A stretch of 64,000 nucleotides of DNA from Acidobacteriota bacterium (GTDB lineage Bacteria > Acidobacteriota > UBA6911 > RPQK01 > JADFOI01), in NCBI GenBank assembly GCA_963663035.1, contig OY760074.1, positions 1,184,001 through 1,248,000 of the forward strand, read 5' to 3'. The position numbers and the translations under genes were made by a program. Every line of letters starts with the position of its first letter. Positions within the stretch are counted from its first letter, which is position 1. Shown in pieces: positions 44,670-54,843 of the stretch. The notes beneath the pieces are model-generated. The model had not been told where the DNA came from. It did no database searches and worked only from the letters and a program-made list of their open reading frames with translations.

Positions 44670-44787
44670 TTCCGGTGATTGTAGCGGAGGAGAAATACCT
44701 GTTCCCATTCCGAACACAGTAGTTAAGCCCTCCAGCGCCCATGATACTGCACGGGAATCTGTGTGGGAAAGTAGGTCATTGCCGGAT
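44670..44787 (+). rRNA. rrf: 5S rRNA
   Basis: tccggtg...cccattccgaacac...agtaggtcattgccgga. Confidence 0.97.
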
Positions 44788-44792
44788 TTTTC

Positions 44793-44823
44793 GGGGGGAG
44801 ATTGAACCTCCCCCCTTTTTTTT
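44793..44823 (+). terminator. Intrinsic terminator after 5S
   Basis: ggggggag-attgaac-ctcccccc followed by T8. Confidence 0.9.
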
Positions 44824-46633
44824 AGATCCTCTTGAAGCCCCGCAGTATTTCCTCAATTCCCAAGCGCAGCACAATAGGACGTCCATGAGGACAGGTGAAG
44901 GGATCGTGGCACCGAAAAAGCTCATCAAGCAGCCACTGCATCTTCTCCTGGGTGAGCGGTGAGTTGATCTTGATGGCAGCCCGGCAGGAGAGGCTGATGG
45001 CAATTTTCTGGCGGAGCCGGCGTACCTGGGCGTCCGGACTGGCCAGTTCCTGGCCGGAGGACCCCAATTCATCCAGAATCTCCTCAAGCAAAAGTTGTGC
45101 ATCACAGTCCTGGGCGAAGCTGGGAACCCCTTTGATGACGATGGTCTGGTCGCCAAACCATTCGACCTCGAAGCCATTGGCGTTGAGCAGGTCGAGGATT
45201 TGCGCGCAAATTGCCTTCTGCTGCAGATTGAGCTCATGAGTCAAGGGGATCAACAGGCGCTGGGTGGCGCAGGGGCGGGAAGATTCCAGTTGACGTAGCG
45301 CTCGATCATACAAGATTCTCTCGTGGGCCACGTGCTGATCGACCAGCATGACTCCTTCCCGATCGACTGAAACTACAAAACTTTCCACAAATTGGCCCAA
45401 GACGACGGGAACGGCATCCAGATAGTCTGTCTCCGGGATATCATCCCCATGAACATCAGCGGGAAAAGGAATCGCGGGTGAATTTCCAAGGTCGGGAAAG
45501 GTGTCTCCCTGACGAGAGTGACGTTGAAAGACTGTGGCCATGTTCCTGGCCCCACCGTTACCGGAAAGAGAAGGATCTGCCCGCTGCAGATGATCACCAG
45601 GCAGGTCGCGCGCCAGCTGAGAAAGGCTCCCCTGGTGTTGCAGCAGGGCTTCTTCAATGCCGTGGCGGATCAGGCGGTGCACCAGGTCGGTTCTTTTAAA
45701 GCGAATTTCGGTTTTGCAGGGATGAACATTCACATCCACCTCCTCCGGGTCCACTTCCAAGAAGAGGATGACTACCGGGTAGGAATTGGAGGGGATCAAA
45801 TCCTGATAGGCCAGTCGGATGGCGTGAGTCAAGATGCGATCTTTGACCATGCGGTGGTTGACATAGAGGTATTGTGAGCGTGTGCTGGTGCGATGCTCAT
45901 GGGGCAGCGAGGTGAAGCCAGAGAGAACGAGCCCATCTTTCTCATAGTGGACCCGAACCAGATTTTCCAGAAAGGACTCCCCAAAGACCTGGTAGATTCG
46001 ATCCTCAAGACTTTCCACTCCAGGGGCATCAACCACGGTTCGGCTCTGATGATGGAATTCAAAGGCAACCTGGGGATAGGCAATGGCATAGTTCATCACC
46101 TGCCGACTCAGGTGGCTGAGTTCCGTGGTGTTTGTTTTCAGAAACTTGCGTCTAGCCGGAACATTAAAAAAAAGATCCTTCACCTGAACCTCTGTCCCTA
46201 CCGGCCAGGAGATTTCCTCTACCCCACTCAGCTCTCCTCCCTGTGATTGAATCTCGCTCCCCAGGGGGGTGGAGCCGGAGGCAGCCCCTTCCACTGTTCG
46301 CAGGCGGAGCCGCGACACCGAGGCGATGGAGGGAAGAGCTTCGCCGCGAAAGCCTAAAGTTTGAATATTGCTGAGGTCTTCAAAGGTTTGAATCTTACTG
46401 GTGGCATGGTGCTGAAAGGCCAGGCGGGCATCCTCCGGAGTCATACCGGAGCCGTCATCGCGCACCAGAATGAGACGTTTTCCACCCTCTTCTGCTTCTA
46501 CCAGGATACGCCGGGCTTTAGAATCCAAGGCATTTTCCAGCAACTCCTTCATGACCGAGGCGGGGCGCTCCACCACCTCACCTGCCGCAATCTGGTGGGC
46601 AAGGATGTCCGGAAGAACGCGAATTTTTGCCAT
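44822..46633 (-). CDS. mutL: DNA mismatch repair protein MutL
   Basis: 'IAAGEVVERPAS', 'GFRGEAL', 'DQHVAHER', 'CPHGRP'. Confidence 0.97.
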   Translation of the reverse strand: MAKIRVLPDILAHQIAAGEVVERPASVMKELLENALDSKARRILVEAEEGGKRLILVRDDGSGMTPEDARLAFQHHATSKIQTFEDLSNIQTLGFRGEALPSIASVSRLRLRTVEGAASGSTPLGSEIQSQGGELSGVEEISWPVGTEVQVKDLFFNVPARRKFLKTNTTELSHLSRQVMNYAIAYPQVAFEFHHQSRTVVDAPGVESLEDRIYQVFGESFLENLVRVHYEKDGLVLSGFTSLPHEHRTSTRSQYLYVNHRMVKDRILTHAIRLAYQDLIPSNSYPVVILFLEVDPEEVDVNVHPCKTEIRFKRTDLVHRLIRHGIEEALLQHQGSLSQLARDLPGDHLQRADPSLSGNGGARNMATVFQRHSRQGDTFPDLGNSPAIPFPADVHGDDIPETDYLDAVPVVLGQFVESFVVSVDREGVMLVDQHVAHERILYDRALRQLESSRPCATQRLLIPLTHELNLQQKAICAQILDLLNANGFEVEWFGDQTIVIKGVPSFAQDCDAQLLLEEILDELGSSGQELASPDAQVRRLRQKIAISLSCRAAIKINSPLTQEKMQWLLDELFRCHDPFTCPHGRPIVLRLGIEEILRGFKRI

Positions 46634-46667
46634 GGTCGCCATTATAGCTTGCCTCGATGACAGCAGA

Positions 46668-46803
46668 GAGGAGACAGGAGGTAGGAGACAGGAGGCAGGA
46701 GGTAGGAGGTAGGAGACAGGCGAAGAATTCAGAATCCAGAAGAGAGGAGTCAGCTGTCAGCGGTCAGCGTCTCCTACCTCCTGACTCCTATCTCCTACCT
46801 CCT
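46668..46803. repeat. Intergenic 7-bp tandem repeats arranged as an imperfect inverted pair
   Basis: aggagac/aggaggt/aggaggc x7 on the left; ctcctac/ctcctga on the right; cagaatc and gtcagc(t/g) units between. Confidence 0.75.
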
Positions 46804-48574
46804 ATTCTTTCAGCTTGAGATGCAGTTCTTTGAGTTGTTCCTGGGTGACCGCAGAGGGTGCACTGCACATGAGGTCAATGGCACGAGCCGTCTTGGGAAA
46901 GGCAATGACATCGCGCAGCGACTGTTCTCCCGCCAAGAGCATGACAATGCGGTCCAACCCCAGGGCAATGCCGCCATGGGGAGGGGCGCCGTAGCCCAGA
47001 GCTTCCAGTAAGAATCCGAATTTGGCTTCTGCCTCCTCCGGCTCGATACCCAGTGCTTTGAAGACGCGCGTCTGAATCTCTCGTTGGTGGATACGGATGG
47101 AGCCACTGCCAATTTCCAGTCCATTTAAGACAGGATCATAGGCCTTGGACCGCACTCGGGCCGGATCGCTCTCCAGAAGATCCAGATCCTCATCCAGGGG
47201 GGAGGTGAAAGGGTGATGGCAGGCAAGGTAGCGTTTTTCCTGCTCGTCCCACTCTAGAAGGGGGAAATCGTACACCCACAAAAACTCGTAGCTGTCTTGG
47301 GAAATCAAATTCTCTTCCACGGCTAGGTGCTTGCGCAGACGGCCCAGGATCGGGTGAACGTTTTTTGGGGGGCCACCCAGCATCAAGAAAAGGTCATTTT
47401 CGCGAAGCTGGGCCAGGCTCTTGGCGGATTCCAACTCCGCCTGAGGAACGGCTTTGGGCAGGGAAGACTTGAGACCCTCCGACGTCACCTTAATCCAACT
47501 CAAGTCAGCGCCGCTTGCCTGGGTCTGGACAAAGCCTCTCAGGTCATCGAGTTGCTTGCGGGAATAGCTGGCTCGCCCCGGCACTCGAATCCCCTTGATC
47601 AGACCGCCATCCTCTATAATCTGGCGAAAGATTCGAAAGCTGCTCTGGGAGAAGGCGTCAGAGACGTCCACCAATTTCAGGTCAAACCTGGTATCGGGCC
47701 GATCCGTTCCATACTGGGAAAGAGCCTCAGCGTAGCTCATGCGCGGAAAAGGAGTCGGGACCGAGATGTCGGCCAGGGCGAAAACCCTCTCCAGTAATCC
47801 CTCAACCACCTGAAAGATGGTGTCCATTTGTGGAAACGAGATCTCCAGGTCAATCTGAGTAAACTCCGGCTGCCGGTCTGATCTGAGGTCCTCATCTCGA
47901 AAACAGCGAGCGATCTGAAAGTAGCGGTCAAAACCGGCTACCATCAGCAGTTGCTTGAACAACTGAGGCGACTGAGGCAGGGCATAGAACTGGCCGGGAT
48001 AGAGACGGCTGGGCACCAGGTAGTCACGCGCACCTTCTGGAGTTGATCGGGTCAGGATGGGGGTCTCGATCTCCAAGAATGCCTCCTCGTCCAGGAACTT
48101 TCGGATCTCCAGGCACACCTGATGTCGGAGGCGGAGATTGTGCTGCAGACGCTCCCTCCGGAGATCCAAAAAGCGGTAATGGAGTCGCGTTTCTTCCGAG
48201 GCCGAGGTGGGGGAATTGATGGGGAAAGGAGGAGTCTGGGAAGCATTGAGCAAACTGATCGCTTCTGCCTGAATCTCCAGCCGGCCAGTGGGAAGCTGTG
48301 GATTCACCGTTTCCTCTTCTCGCCAGACCACCTGGCCGGTGACGGCCAGCACGTCTTCGGGACGAGCCTCTTTTGCCTTGGCCAGGCCATCGGGCCACTC
48401 GGGCTTGGCCACTACCTGCACGATTCCTTCTCGATCGCGCAGATCCAGGAAAATCAAATTCCCCAGGTCGCGGCGACGGTCCACCCACCCCATGACGGTG
48501 ACCGTCTTCTCGACATACTTCTCCGTGATCAAGCCACAGGGGCAAGTCCGTTTGAGATCTCCTAGTGGGTCCAT
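46802..48574 (-). CDS. aspS: Aspartate--tRNA ligase
   Basis: 'STPEGARDYLVPSR', 'ALPQSPQLFKQ', 'RQPEFTQID', 'PPHGGIALGLDR'. Confidence 0.97.
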   Translation of the reverse strand: MDPLGDLKRTCPCGLITEKYVEKTVTVMGWVDRRRDLGNLIFLDLRDREGIVQVVAKPEWPDGLAKAKEARPEDVLAVTGQVVWREEETVNPQLPTGRLEIQAEAISLLNASQTPPFPINSPTSASEETRLHYRFLDLRRERLQHNLRLRHQVCLEIRKFLDEEAFLEIETPILTRSTPEGARDYLVPSRLYPGQFYALPQSPQLFKQLLMVAGFDRYFQIARCFRDEDLRSDRQPEFTQIDLEISFPQMDTIFQVVEGLLERVFALADISVPTPFPRMSYAEALSQYGTDRPDTRFDLKLVDVSDAFSQSSFRIFRQIIEDGGLIKGIRVPGRASYSRKQLDDLRGFVQTQASGADLSWIKVTSEGLKSSLPKAVPQAELESAKSLAQLRENDLFLMLGGPPKNVHPILGRLRKHLAVEENLISQDSYEFLWVYDFPLLEWDEQEKRYLACHHPFTSPLDEDLDLLESDPARVRSKAYDPVLNGLEIGSGSIRIHQREIQTRVFKALGIEPEEAEAKFGFLLEALGYGAPPHGGIALGLDRIVMLLAGEQSLRDVIAFPKTARAIDLMCSAPSAVTQEQLKELHLKLKE

Positions 48575-48587
48575 GGCCGATTCCTAC

Positions 48588-49841
48588 TCATTCTTCCCTC
48601 ACATAAGCAGCCAACTTTTCCCGGGTCAGCGTGACCTGGTGGCCGTCTTCCATGCGCTTGAGGGGAAACTCACCACTTTCTCTCTCTTCTTCGCCGATAA
48701 CACAGGTGAAACGACTGTTGAGCCGATTGGCTAGCCTCATCTGTGCTTTCAGGCTGCGACCCTGGAAGTCGATATAAGCGAAAATTGCCTGGCGGCGCAG
48801 TTCTTGAGCCAGTTGCAGGCCCTCCTCCAGAGCCCGCTCATCCAGGCAGGCAAAGAAAATATCTGGTCGAGGCAGCTGAGAATCCTGGGTTTCCTCCAGC
48901 AATACCACCAGACGCTCGATCCCCAAGGCAAATCCGAATCCCTGAACAGGGGGACCACCGAGGAGCTCTGAAAGGCCATCGTAACGTCCCCCGCCTACCA
49001 CGGCATTCTGTGTGGGGCCCAGCTTCGAGGTGACGATTTCAAAAGTGGTTCCAACGTAGTAGTCCAGTCCTCGAACCAGGCGGGGTATCACCTCATAGCG
49101 GATCTTCAGCTGCTCCAGATAGGCACGAAAACTTTCAAAGTGTTGCCGGCAGTTCTCACAGAGGTGCTCGAGAATGGAAGGAAACTCGTCAATCACAGGC
49201 TGACAGGCAGGAACCTTGCAATCGAGCACCCTCAGTGGATTGGTTTCACTCCGCTGCTGACACTGGGGGCACAAGTCGTCCTGATGCTTGCTCAACTCCT
49301 CCCGCAAGAGCTTCACATATCCAGGGCGGCAAGTGGTACAGCCGATGGAGTTCACCAGCAGGCGAAGTTCCGTGGCTCCCAGCTCTTCTAAAAAGCGATC
49401 CAGCATGTCGATCACCTCGGCTTCCAGAGCCGGATGATCTGAACCCAGTACCTCGACCCCCAGCTGGTGAAACTGCCGGTAGCGTCCTTTTTGAGGTCGC
49501 TCATGGCGGAACATGGGTCCAATGTAGTACAGCTTGTGGATTCCCCCGTCACGAGAGAGGCCGTGCTCAAGGTTGGCTCTCATGACCGAAGCCGTGCCCT
49601 CGGGCCGAAGACTGATGTTCTTTCCCTTGCTGTCGCTGAAGGTGTACATTTCTTTTTGAACGATATCGCTTTCCGACCCGATGCTGCGGGCGAACAATTC
49701 GGTCTGCTCGAAGATGGGGGTGCGTACCTCGGCATAGCCATAGAGCTCAAAAAGGCGACGAGCGCTGGTTTCAATCCTCTGCCAGAGTCCGACGGACTCC
49801 GGCAGCAGGTCATGAGTGCCGCGAACCGACTTGAATTTCAT
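48588..49841 (-). CDS. hisS: Histidine--tRNA ligase
   Basis: 'LRPEGTA', 'ERPQKGRYRQFHQ', 'LVRGLDYY', 'GGRYDGL'. Confidence 0.97.
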   Translation of the reverse strand: MKFKSVRGTHDLLPESVGLWQRIETSARRLFELYGYAEVRTPIFEQTELFARSIGSESDIVQKEMYTFSDSKGKNISLRPEGTASVMRANLEHGLSRDGGIHKLYYIGPMFRHERPQKGRYRQFHQLGVEVLGSDHPALEAEVIDMLDRFLEELGATELRLLVNSIGCTTCRPGYVKLLREELSKHQDDLCPQCQQRSETNPLRVLDCKVPACQPVIDEFPSILEHLCENCRQHFESFRAYLEQLKIRYEVIPRLVRGLDYYVGTTFEIVTSKLGPTQNAVVGGGRYDGLSELLGGPPVQGFGFALGIERLVVLLEETQDSQLPRPDIFFACLDERALEEGLQLAQELRRQAIFAYIDFQGRSLKAQMRLANRLNSRFTCVIGEEERESGEFPLKRMEDGHQVTLTREKLAAYVREE

Positions 49842-49851
49842 CTGGACATCA

Positions 49852-50334
49852 TTATAAACGCGCCTTCAAGCGCTGGTAAATATTCTGGCGATGGGTGCCA
49901 CCCCAGTAGATTCGCTGGCACCCTGGACAGCGCTTGAAACGGGAATGGCTTTTGTAAACGTAGGGAGGAACCTGGGGACGGATCCCATCCTTGCTCACCT
50001 TCTCCAAGGGAGCATTGCAGCGAAGACAGCGTGTGAGGAGGCGTTCCGGAGACAGATCGTGGCCGAGAAATTCGAGGACTTCCCGAATCTGCTGGAACAG
50101 CTCCTCGTTTTGAATCAGCAGGCAGCGAGAGGCCTCGAGGCGCTGCTGCAGCGGACGATCCCGGGTCAGAGTAATACGGCCTTCGCGGTGGCTGCGAGCG
50201 ATGATTTGATCATCCTCGATTCGATTGTCATAAACGGTATCGTATCCCAGAATTCGCAGCCACCTGGCCAGGCTGCCCAGCATGACATCTGCGAGAAATT
50301 GGGGACGGGCGGAGGCACAGGGCTGATCCGACAC
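49852..50334 (-). CDS. Mut7-C RNase domain protein
   Basis: 'FLADVMLGSLARWLRILGYDT', 'RCLRCN', 'CPGCQRIYWGGTH'. Confidence 0.9.
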   Translation of the reverse strand: MSDQPCASARPQFLADVMLGSLARWLRILGYDTVYDNRIEDDQIIARSHREGRITLTRDRPLQQRLEASRCLLIQNEELFQQIREVLEFLGHDLSPERLLTRCLRCNAPLEKVSKDGIRPQVPPYVYKSHSRFKRCPGCQRIYWGGTHRQNIYQRLKARL

Positions 50335-50336
50335 TG

Positions 50337-51260
50337 CTACTCGAGGACGTTGCCTACAGAGCGGAATTTCTCAAATCGAGCAGCCAGCCGCTCATCCGGA
50401 CCAAGACTCCGTATCGCTTTGAGATTGCGCTGCAAGGCCATCTTCAAAATGGCAGCGGCCTCATCCCAGTTCAAGTGAGCACCTCCTGGAGGTTCCGGAA
50501 CAATCTCATCAATAAGCTTGAATTTGAGCAGATCCTGGGCCGTCAGCCGCAAAGCCTGGGCTGCTTCCTGGACGTGGTCTTGATCCTTCCACAAGATGGC
50601 GGAGCAGCTTTCCGGAGAGATCACTGAATAGATCGAGTGCTCGAGCATAATTACACGATCTCCCAGGCTAATGGCAAGAGCTCCCCCGCTGCCTCCTTCC
50701 CCCAAAACAGTCACAACGATGGGTACGCGAAGCCGGACCATAGAGCGAAGATTGTCGGCAATGGCTTGGGCCTGACCTCGTGCCTCAGCTCCAAGTCCGG
50801 GATAGGCGCCCGGGGTATCAATGAAGGTGAAAATGGGCCGATTGAACTTCTCAGCCAGGGACATGAGACGGATGGATTTACGGTAGCCTTCGGGCTTGGC
50901 CATTCCGTAGTTGCGATAGAGACGATCTTTTGTGTTGCGGCCTTTCTGCTGGCCGATGACCAAGACCGGTTCTCCCTCAAAGAGGGCCATCCCTCCAACC
51001 ATCGCCGGATCATCTTTAAACTTGCGATCTCCATGAATGGGGCGGAAGGACGAAAAGAGGCGGGTGATGTAGTCAAGCGTGTAGGGGCGATCCTGGTTGC
51101 GGGCCAGCTGAATCTGTTCCCAAGCAGTCAGCTTCTCGTCCGTGTCGGCCTCCAGTTGGGCAATCAGCTGTTTGAGAGTAGCAATCTCCGCGGTGGCGTC
51201 CACAGGAAGCTCTTCGACACGCTCCTTGAGATGAGTTAACTCCTTCAGCTTGCTGTTCAC
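50337..51260 (-). CDS. accA: Acetyl-CoA carboxylase carboxyltransferase alpha
   Basis: 'PEGYRKS', 'IDTPGAYPG', 'GEGGSGGALA', 'YSVISPE'. Confidence 0.97.
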   Translation of the reverse strand: MNSKLKELTHLKERVEELPVDATAEIATLKQLIAQLEADTDEKLTAWEQIQLARNQDRPYTLDYITRLFSSFRPIHGDRKFKDDPAMVGGMALFEGEPVLVIGQQKGRNTKDRLYRNYGMAKPEGYRKSIRLMSLAEKFNRPIFTFIDTPGAYPGLGAEARGQAQAIADNLRSMVRLRVPIVVTVLGEGGSGGALAISLGDRVIMLEHSIYSVISPESCSAILWKDQDHVQEAAQALRLTAQDLLKFKLIDEIVPEPPGGAHLNWDEAAAILKMALQRNLKAIRSLGPDERLAARFEKFRSVGNVLE

Positions 51261-51314
51261 TTGTCTTCCTTATAGATAGCTCTCAGAACACCATTTTTTA
51301 GGCGATGTTTAGCT

Positions 51315-54300
51315 TCAAGTATACAGGGCTACGGAGTTTTCGCCAAAAAGGTCTTCCACCTCTTGGACAAAGGAGGGAATGGGATTGATGAGAAGATCTT
51401 CCATGGGAATGACACGAATGCAATATTCATCTTTCTGGAGAAGCTCAAATTCCAACGGGCAGGTTCCATGATAATGAGTCACCAGCGAATGCAGCGTTGA
51501 AACTTTTTTGGAATCCAGGGAGGGAAGGGAAATCCGGATTCGGGTTCTTTGAACAGCTTTGTTCCAAAGCGTCTCCAACTGCAGGATCTCTGAGCTGAGC
51601 AAACGGATCTCTCCTGTGGGGTCCAACTCACAGCGCCCCTTGACCAGGACCGGCAAATCGTCCTCGATCAGCGGTTGGTAACGCTTGTAGACGTTGGGCC
51701 AGACCAACACCTGGAGAGTTCCCAGAAGATCCTCCAGCTTGAAGGTGGCCATTGAAGCCCCCTTACGGGTACGGAAATTCTTTAGACCCGTGATCATTCC
51801 GCCGATGGATATCTCTCGACCCGAAAGTTCTTCGGTGATGTCCAGGGTAGACAGTCGGGAAAACTGCTTCAACTCCTTGCTGAAGTTCTGCAGCGGATGG
51901 CTGGTCACGTAGTATCCCAAGGCTTCCTTCTCAAAAGCCCACTTCTGGCGATCCGGCCATTCCCCAACCTCAGGAATATCCTGAACTTGACCCTTCTCAG
52001 ACTGGGGTTCTGGAGCCAAAAACAATTTCTTTTGACCGGTCAGACGGTCCCTCTGGACCTTCTGCCCGGACTCTATAGCCCGATCCAGAGATTCCATGAC
52101 CGATTTGCGATGATAGCCCAGAGAATCGAAGGCTCCGGCCTTGGTCAACCCATCCAGGGCACGTCGGTTGACGGCCCGCAGATCAACCGTCTCACAGAAG
52201 TCGAAAAAGCTGGAAAAGGGACCGTTCTCGCCTCGGCAGGTCAGGATGGCTCGGATAGCAGACTCTCCCACGTTTCGAATCGCAGCCAGGCCAAATTTGA
52301 TGTCCTTTCCTGAGGCCATGAAATCGAGTTGACTGGCGTTGATGTCGGGGGGCAACACGCGGATACCCATTTCCTTGGTCTCGGCCAGGTGCTTCACGAT
52401 CTTGTCCGTATTGGACATCTCACTGGTGAGCACGGCTGCCATAAACTGAACGGGATAGTGAGTCTTGAGGTAAGCCGTCTGATAGGCAAGGAGCGCATAG
52501 GCCGTGGAATGGCTTTTATTGAAGCCGTAACCTGCAAACTGCTCCATCAATTTAAAGATCCGCTCAGCTCTGCTGGCCTCAATATTGTTCTTTTTACAGC
52601 CGGCCAGAAACGCTTTTCTCTGTGCCTGCATGACCTTTTTCTTCTTCTTGCCCATGGCCCGGCGCAACAGGTCGGCTCCCCCCAGAGAAAAACCGCCCAG
52701 CTGGCTGGCAATCTGCATGACTTGCTCCTGATAGACAATCACCCCATAGGTCTCCTTGAGGATCTCCTCAAGAGCCTTGAGCTCCTCTTCGATCTGGACC
52801 TGGCCGTGGCGACGCGCAATAAAATCGTCGATCATGCCACCTTGGATGGGTCCCGGGCGGTACAGAGCATTTAAGGCAATGAGGTCCTCGAAACGGCTGG
52901 GTTGGAGACGTCGCAAGATGTCGCGCATACCCGAGGATTCAAACTGAAAAATGCCGGTGGTTTTGCCTTCACAAAAAAGCTGAAAGGTCTTCTCTTCATT
53001 GAGCTCCAGCTCGGCCAGGTCCAGAGTCACCCCTAACTGGGCCTGGATTTGTGCCACGGTCTGATGGATGACGGTCAAAGTGGTCAGGGCCAGAAAATCC
53101 ATCTTCAGAAGACCCAGACGCTCCAGGTCTGTCATGGAATACTGGGTGGTAATCTCGTCCTTGTTGCTCTTGTAAAGAGGAATCAAGTCGATGAGGGGCT
53201 TGGGGGCAATCACCACTCCGGCCGCGTGGGTGGAGGCATGGCGAGCCAATCCTTCCAACTGCTGGGCGACTGTGATCAGCTGGGCGTAGGGAGAGCCCTT
53301 TGCTGCAGCTTCTTTGAGTTCCGGCACCCGTTGGACAGCTTTTTTCAGTGTGGTGTCCGGAGCCTGGGGAACCAAGCGAGCGATTTTGTCCACTTCTGCG
53401 TAGGGGATGTCCAGACTGCGTCCCACATCCCGAATGGCCCCTCGGGCAGCCATGGTGCCGAAGGTGATAATCTGGCTGACATTCTCCCGGCCGTATTTGG
53501 AGGTCACGTAATCGATGACTTCACCACGACGCAGCATACAAAAGTCGATATCGATATCGGGAGGGGTGACGCGTTCTGGATTGAGGAAGCGCTCGAAGAG
53601 AAGATCATATTGAAGGGGATCCACATCGGTGATCCGCATGGCATAGGAGACCAGGGAGCCTGCCACTGATCCTCGTCCGGGTCCCACCGGTATCTGGTTT
53701 TCCCGCGCATAGCGAATAAAGTCCCACACGATGAGAAAGTAGCCGCAAAACTGCATCTTCTTGATGATTTCGATTTCCTGCTTCAAGCGCTCTGGATATT
53801 GGGTGAGCGGGCAGCGAAGTTTCTTGAGACTCGCTTGTTTTTCGAGACGATGGAGGCGGCTCTCATATCCGTCGTGGACCACTTTTTCAAAATAGCTGTC
53901 CAGGGTGTGATCGGAAGGGACCTCGAATTCCGGAAAGATATTCTCCGGTTCACCCAGCTCGAATGTGCACTTTTCAGCGATCTCCAACGTATTGGAGAGA
54001 GCCTCAGGCACTGGATCAAAGAGAGCCGCCATCTCCTGGTCGCTTTTGAAGTAGAACTCATTGCTGCTGTAGCGGAGGCGGTTCTCATCGTGAATTGTCT
54101 TCCCCGTCTGGATACACAGCAAAACATCGTGGGCGAAGGAGTCTCCTTGCGACAGATAATGGCAGTCGTTGGTGGCCACCATGGGGAGATCCAGGTCGCG
54201 GGACAGATTCATCACCTGGGAGTTGACCTTCTTTTGCTCCTCCAGCCCATGATTCTGTAACTCCAGGTAAAAGTTTTCTGGCCCCAGGATCTCAGCCAGC

Positions 54301-54779
54301 CGACCCGCCTCCTGGAGAGCTTCCGAGTACTTATCCTGGAGGATATTCCAGGCCACAATCCCTTTCAGGCAGGCGGAAAGCCCCAGCAGTCCCTCGCTGT
54401 GCTCCTGGAGCAGTTCGATATCGATGCGGGGACGATAGTAAAAACCTTCCAGATAGCCGAGGGAGACGAGTTTGACCAGATTCTGATAGCCGGTAGCATC
54501 TTTGGCCAGCAGAACCAGATGATTGCTCTGATCGGAACGACCGTTTTTGAACTTGCGTCCCTCCCGGGCAACGTAGACTTCACAACCGATAATGGGCTTG
54601 ACCCCGTATTTGAGGGCCAGGTCGTGAAATTGAACAGCTCCAAACAGGTTGCCATGATCCGAGAGGGCTAAAGCCGGCATCTTCAGCTCCGAGGCACGAC
54701 GCACCACTGCCTCCAACGGATTGGCCCCATCCAGGAGACTAAAATGACTATGGAGGTGCAGGTGAACGAATTTACTCAA
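51315..54779 (-). CDS. dnaE: DNA polymerase III alpha subunit
   Basis: PHP 'HLHLHSHFSLLDG', 'GRGS', 'PDIDIDF', 'YGFNKSHS'. Confidence 0.98.
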   Translation of the reverse strand: MSKFVHLHLHSHFSLLDGANPLEAVVRRASELKMPALALSDHGNLFGAVQFHDLALKYGVKPIIGCEVYVAREGRKFKNGRSDQSNHLVLLAKDATGYQNLVKLVSLGYLEGFYYRPRIDIELLQEHSEGLLGLSACLKGIVAWNILQDKYSEALQEAGRLAEILGPENFYLELQNHGLEEQKKVNSQVMNLSRDLDLPMVATNDCHYLSQGDSFAHDVLLCIQTGKTIHDENRLRYSSNEFYFKSDQEMAALFDPVPEALSNTLEIAEKCTFELGEPENIFPEFEVPSDHTLDSYFEKVVHDGYESRLHRLEKQASLKKLRCPLTQYPERLKQEIEIIKKMQFCGYFLIVWDFIRYARENQIPVGPGRGSVAGSLVSYAMRITDVDPLQYDLLFERFLNPERVTPPDIDIDFCMLRRGEVIDYVTSKYGRENVSQIITFGTMAARGAIRDVGRSLDIPYAEVDKIARLVPQAPDTTLKKAVQRVPELKEAAAKGSPYAQLITVAQQLEGLARHASTHAAGVVIAPKPLIDLIPLYKSNKDEITTQYSMTDLERLGLLKMDFLALTTLTVIHQTVAQIQAQLGVTLDLAELELNEEKTFQLFCEGKTTGIFQFESSGMRDILRRLQPSRFEDLIALNALYRPGPIQGGMIDDFIARRHGQVQIEEELKALEEILKETYGVIVYQEQVMQIASQLGGFSLGGADLLRRAMGKKKKKVMQAQRKAFLAGCKKNNIEASRAERIFKLMEQFAGYGFNKSHSTAYALLAYQTAYLKTHYPVQFMAAVLTSEMSNTDKIVKHLAETKEMGIRVLPPDINASQLDFMASGKDIKFGLAAIRNVGESAIRAILTCRGENGPFSSFFDFCETVDLRAVNRRALDGLTKAGAFDSLGYHRKSVMESLDRAIESGQKVQRDRLTGQKKLFLAPEPQSEKGQVQDIPEVGEWPDRQKWAFEKEALGYYVTSHPLQNFSKELKQFSRLSTLDITEELSGREISIGGMITGLKNFRTRKGASMATFKLEDLLGTLQVLVWPNVYKRYQPLIEDDLPVLVKGRCELDPTGEIRLLSSEILQLETLWNKAVQRTRIRISLPSLDSKKVSTLHSLVTHYHGTCPLEFELLQKDEYCIRVIPMEDLLINPIPSFVQEVEDLFGENSVALYT

Positions 54780-54843
54780 GGTACTCGTGCTGTCCCTCTG
54801 TCGTGCGTGGGAGGCACCTCAGGTGCCGAATCCCTACTTTCGA

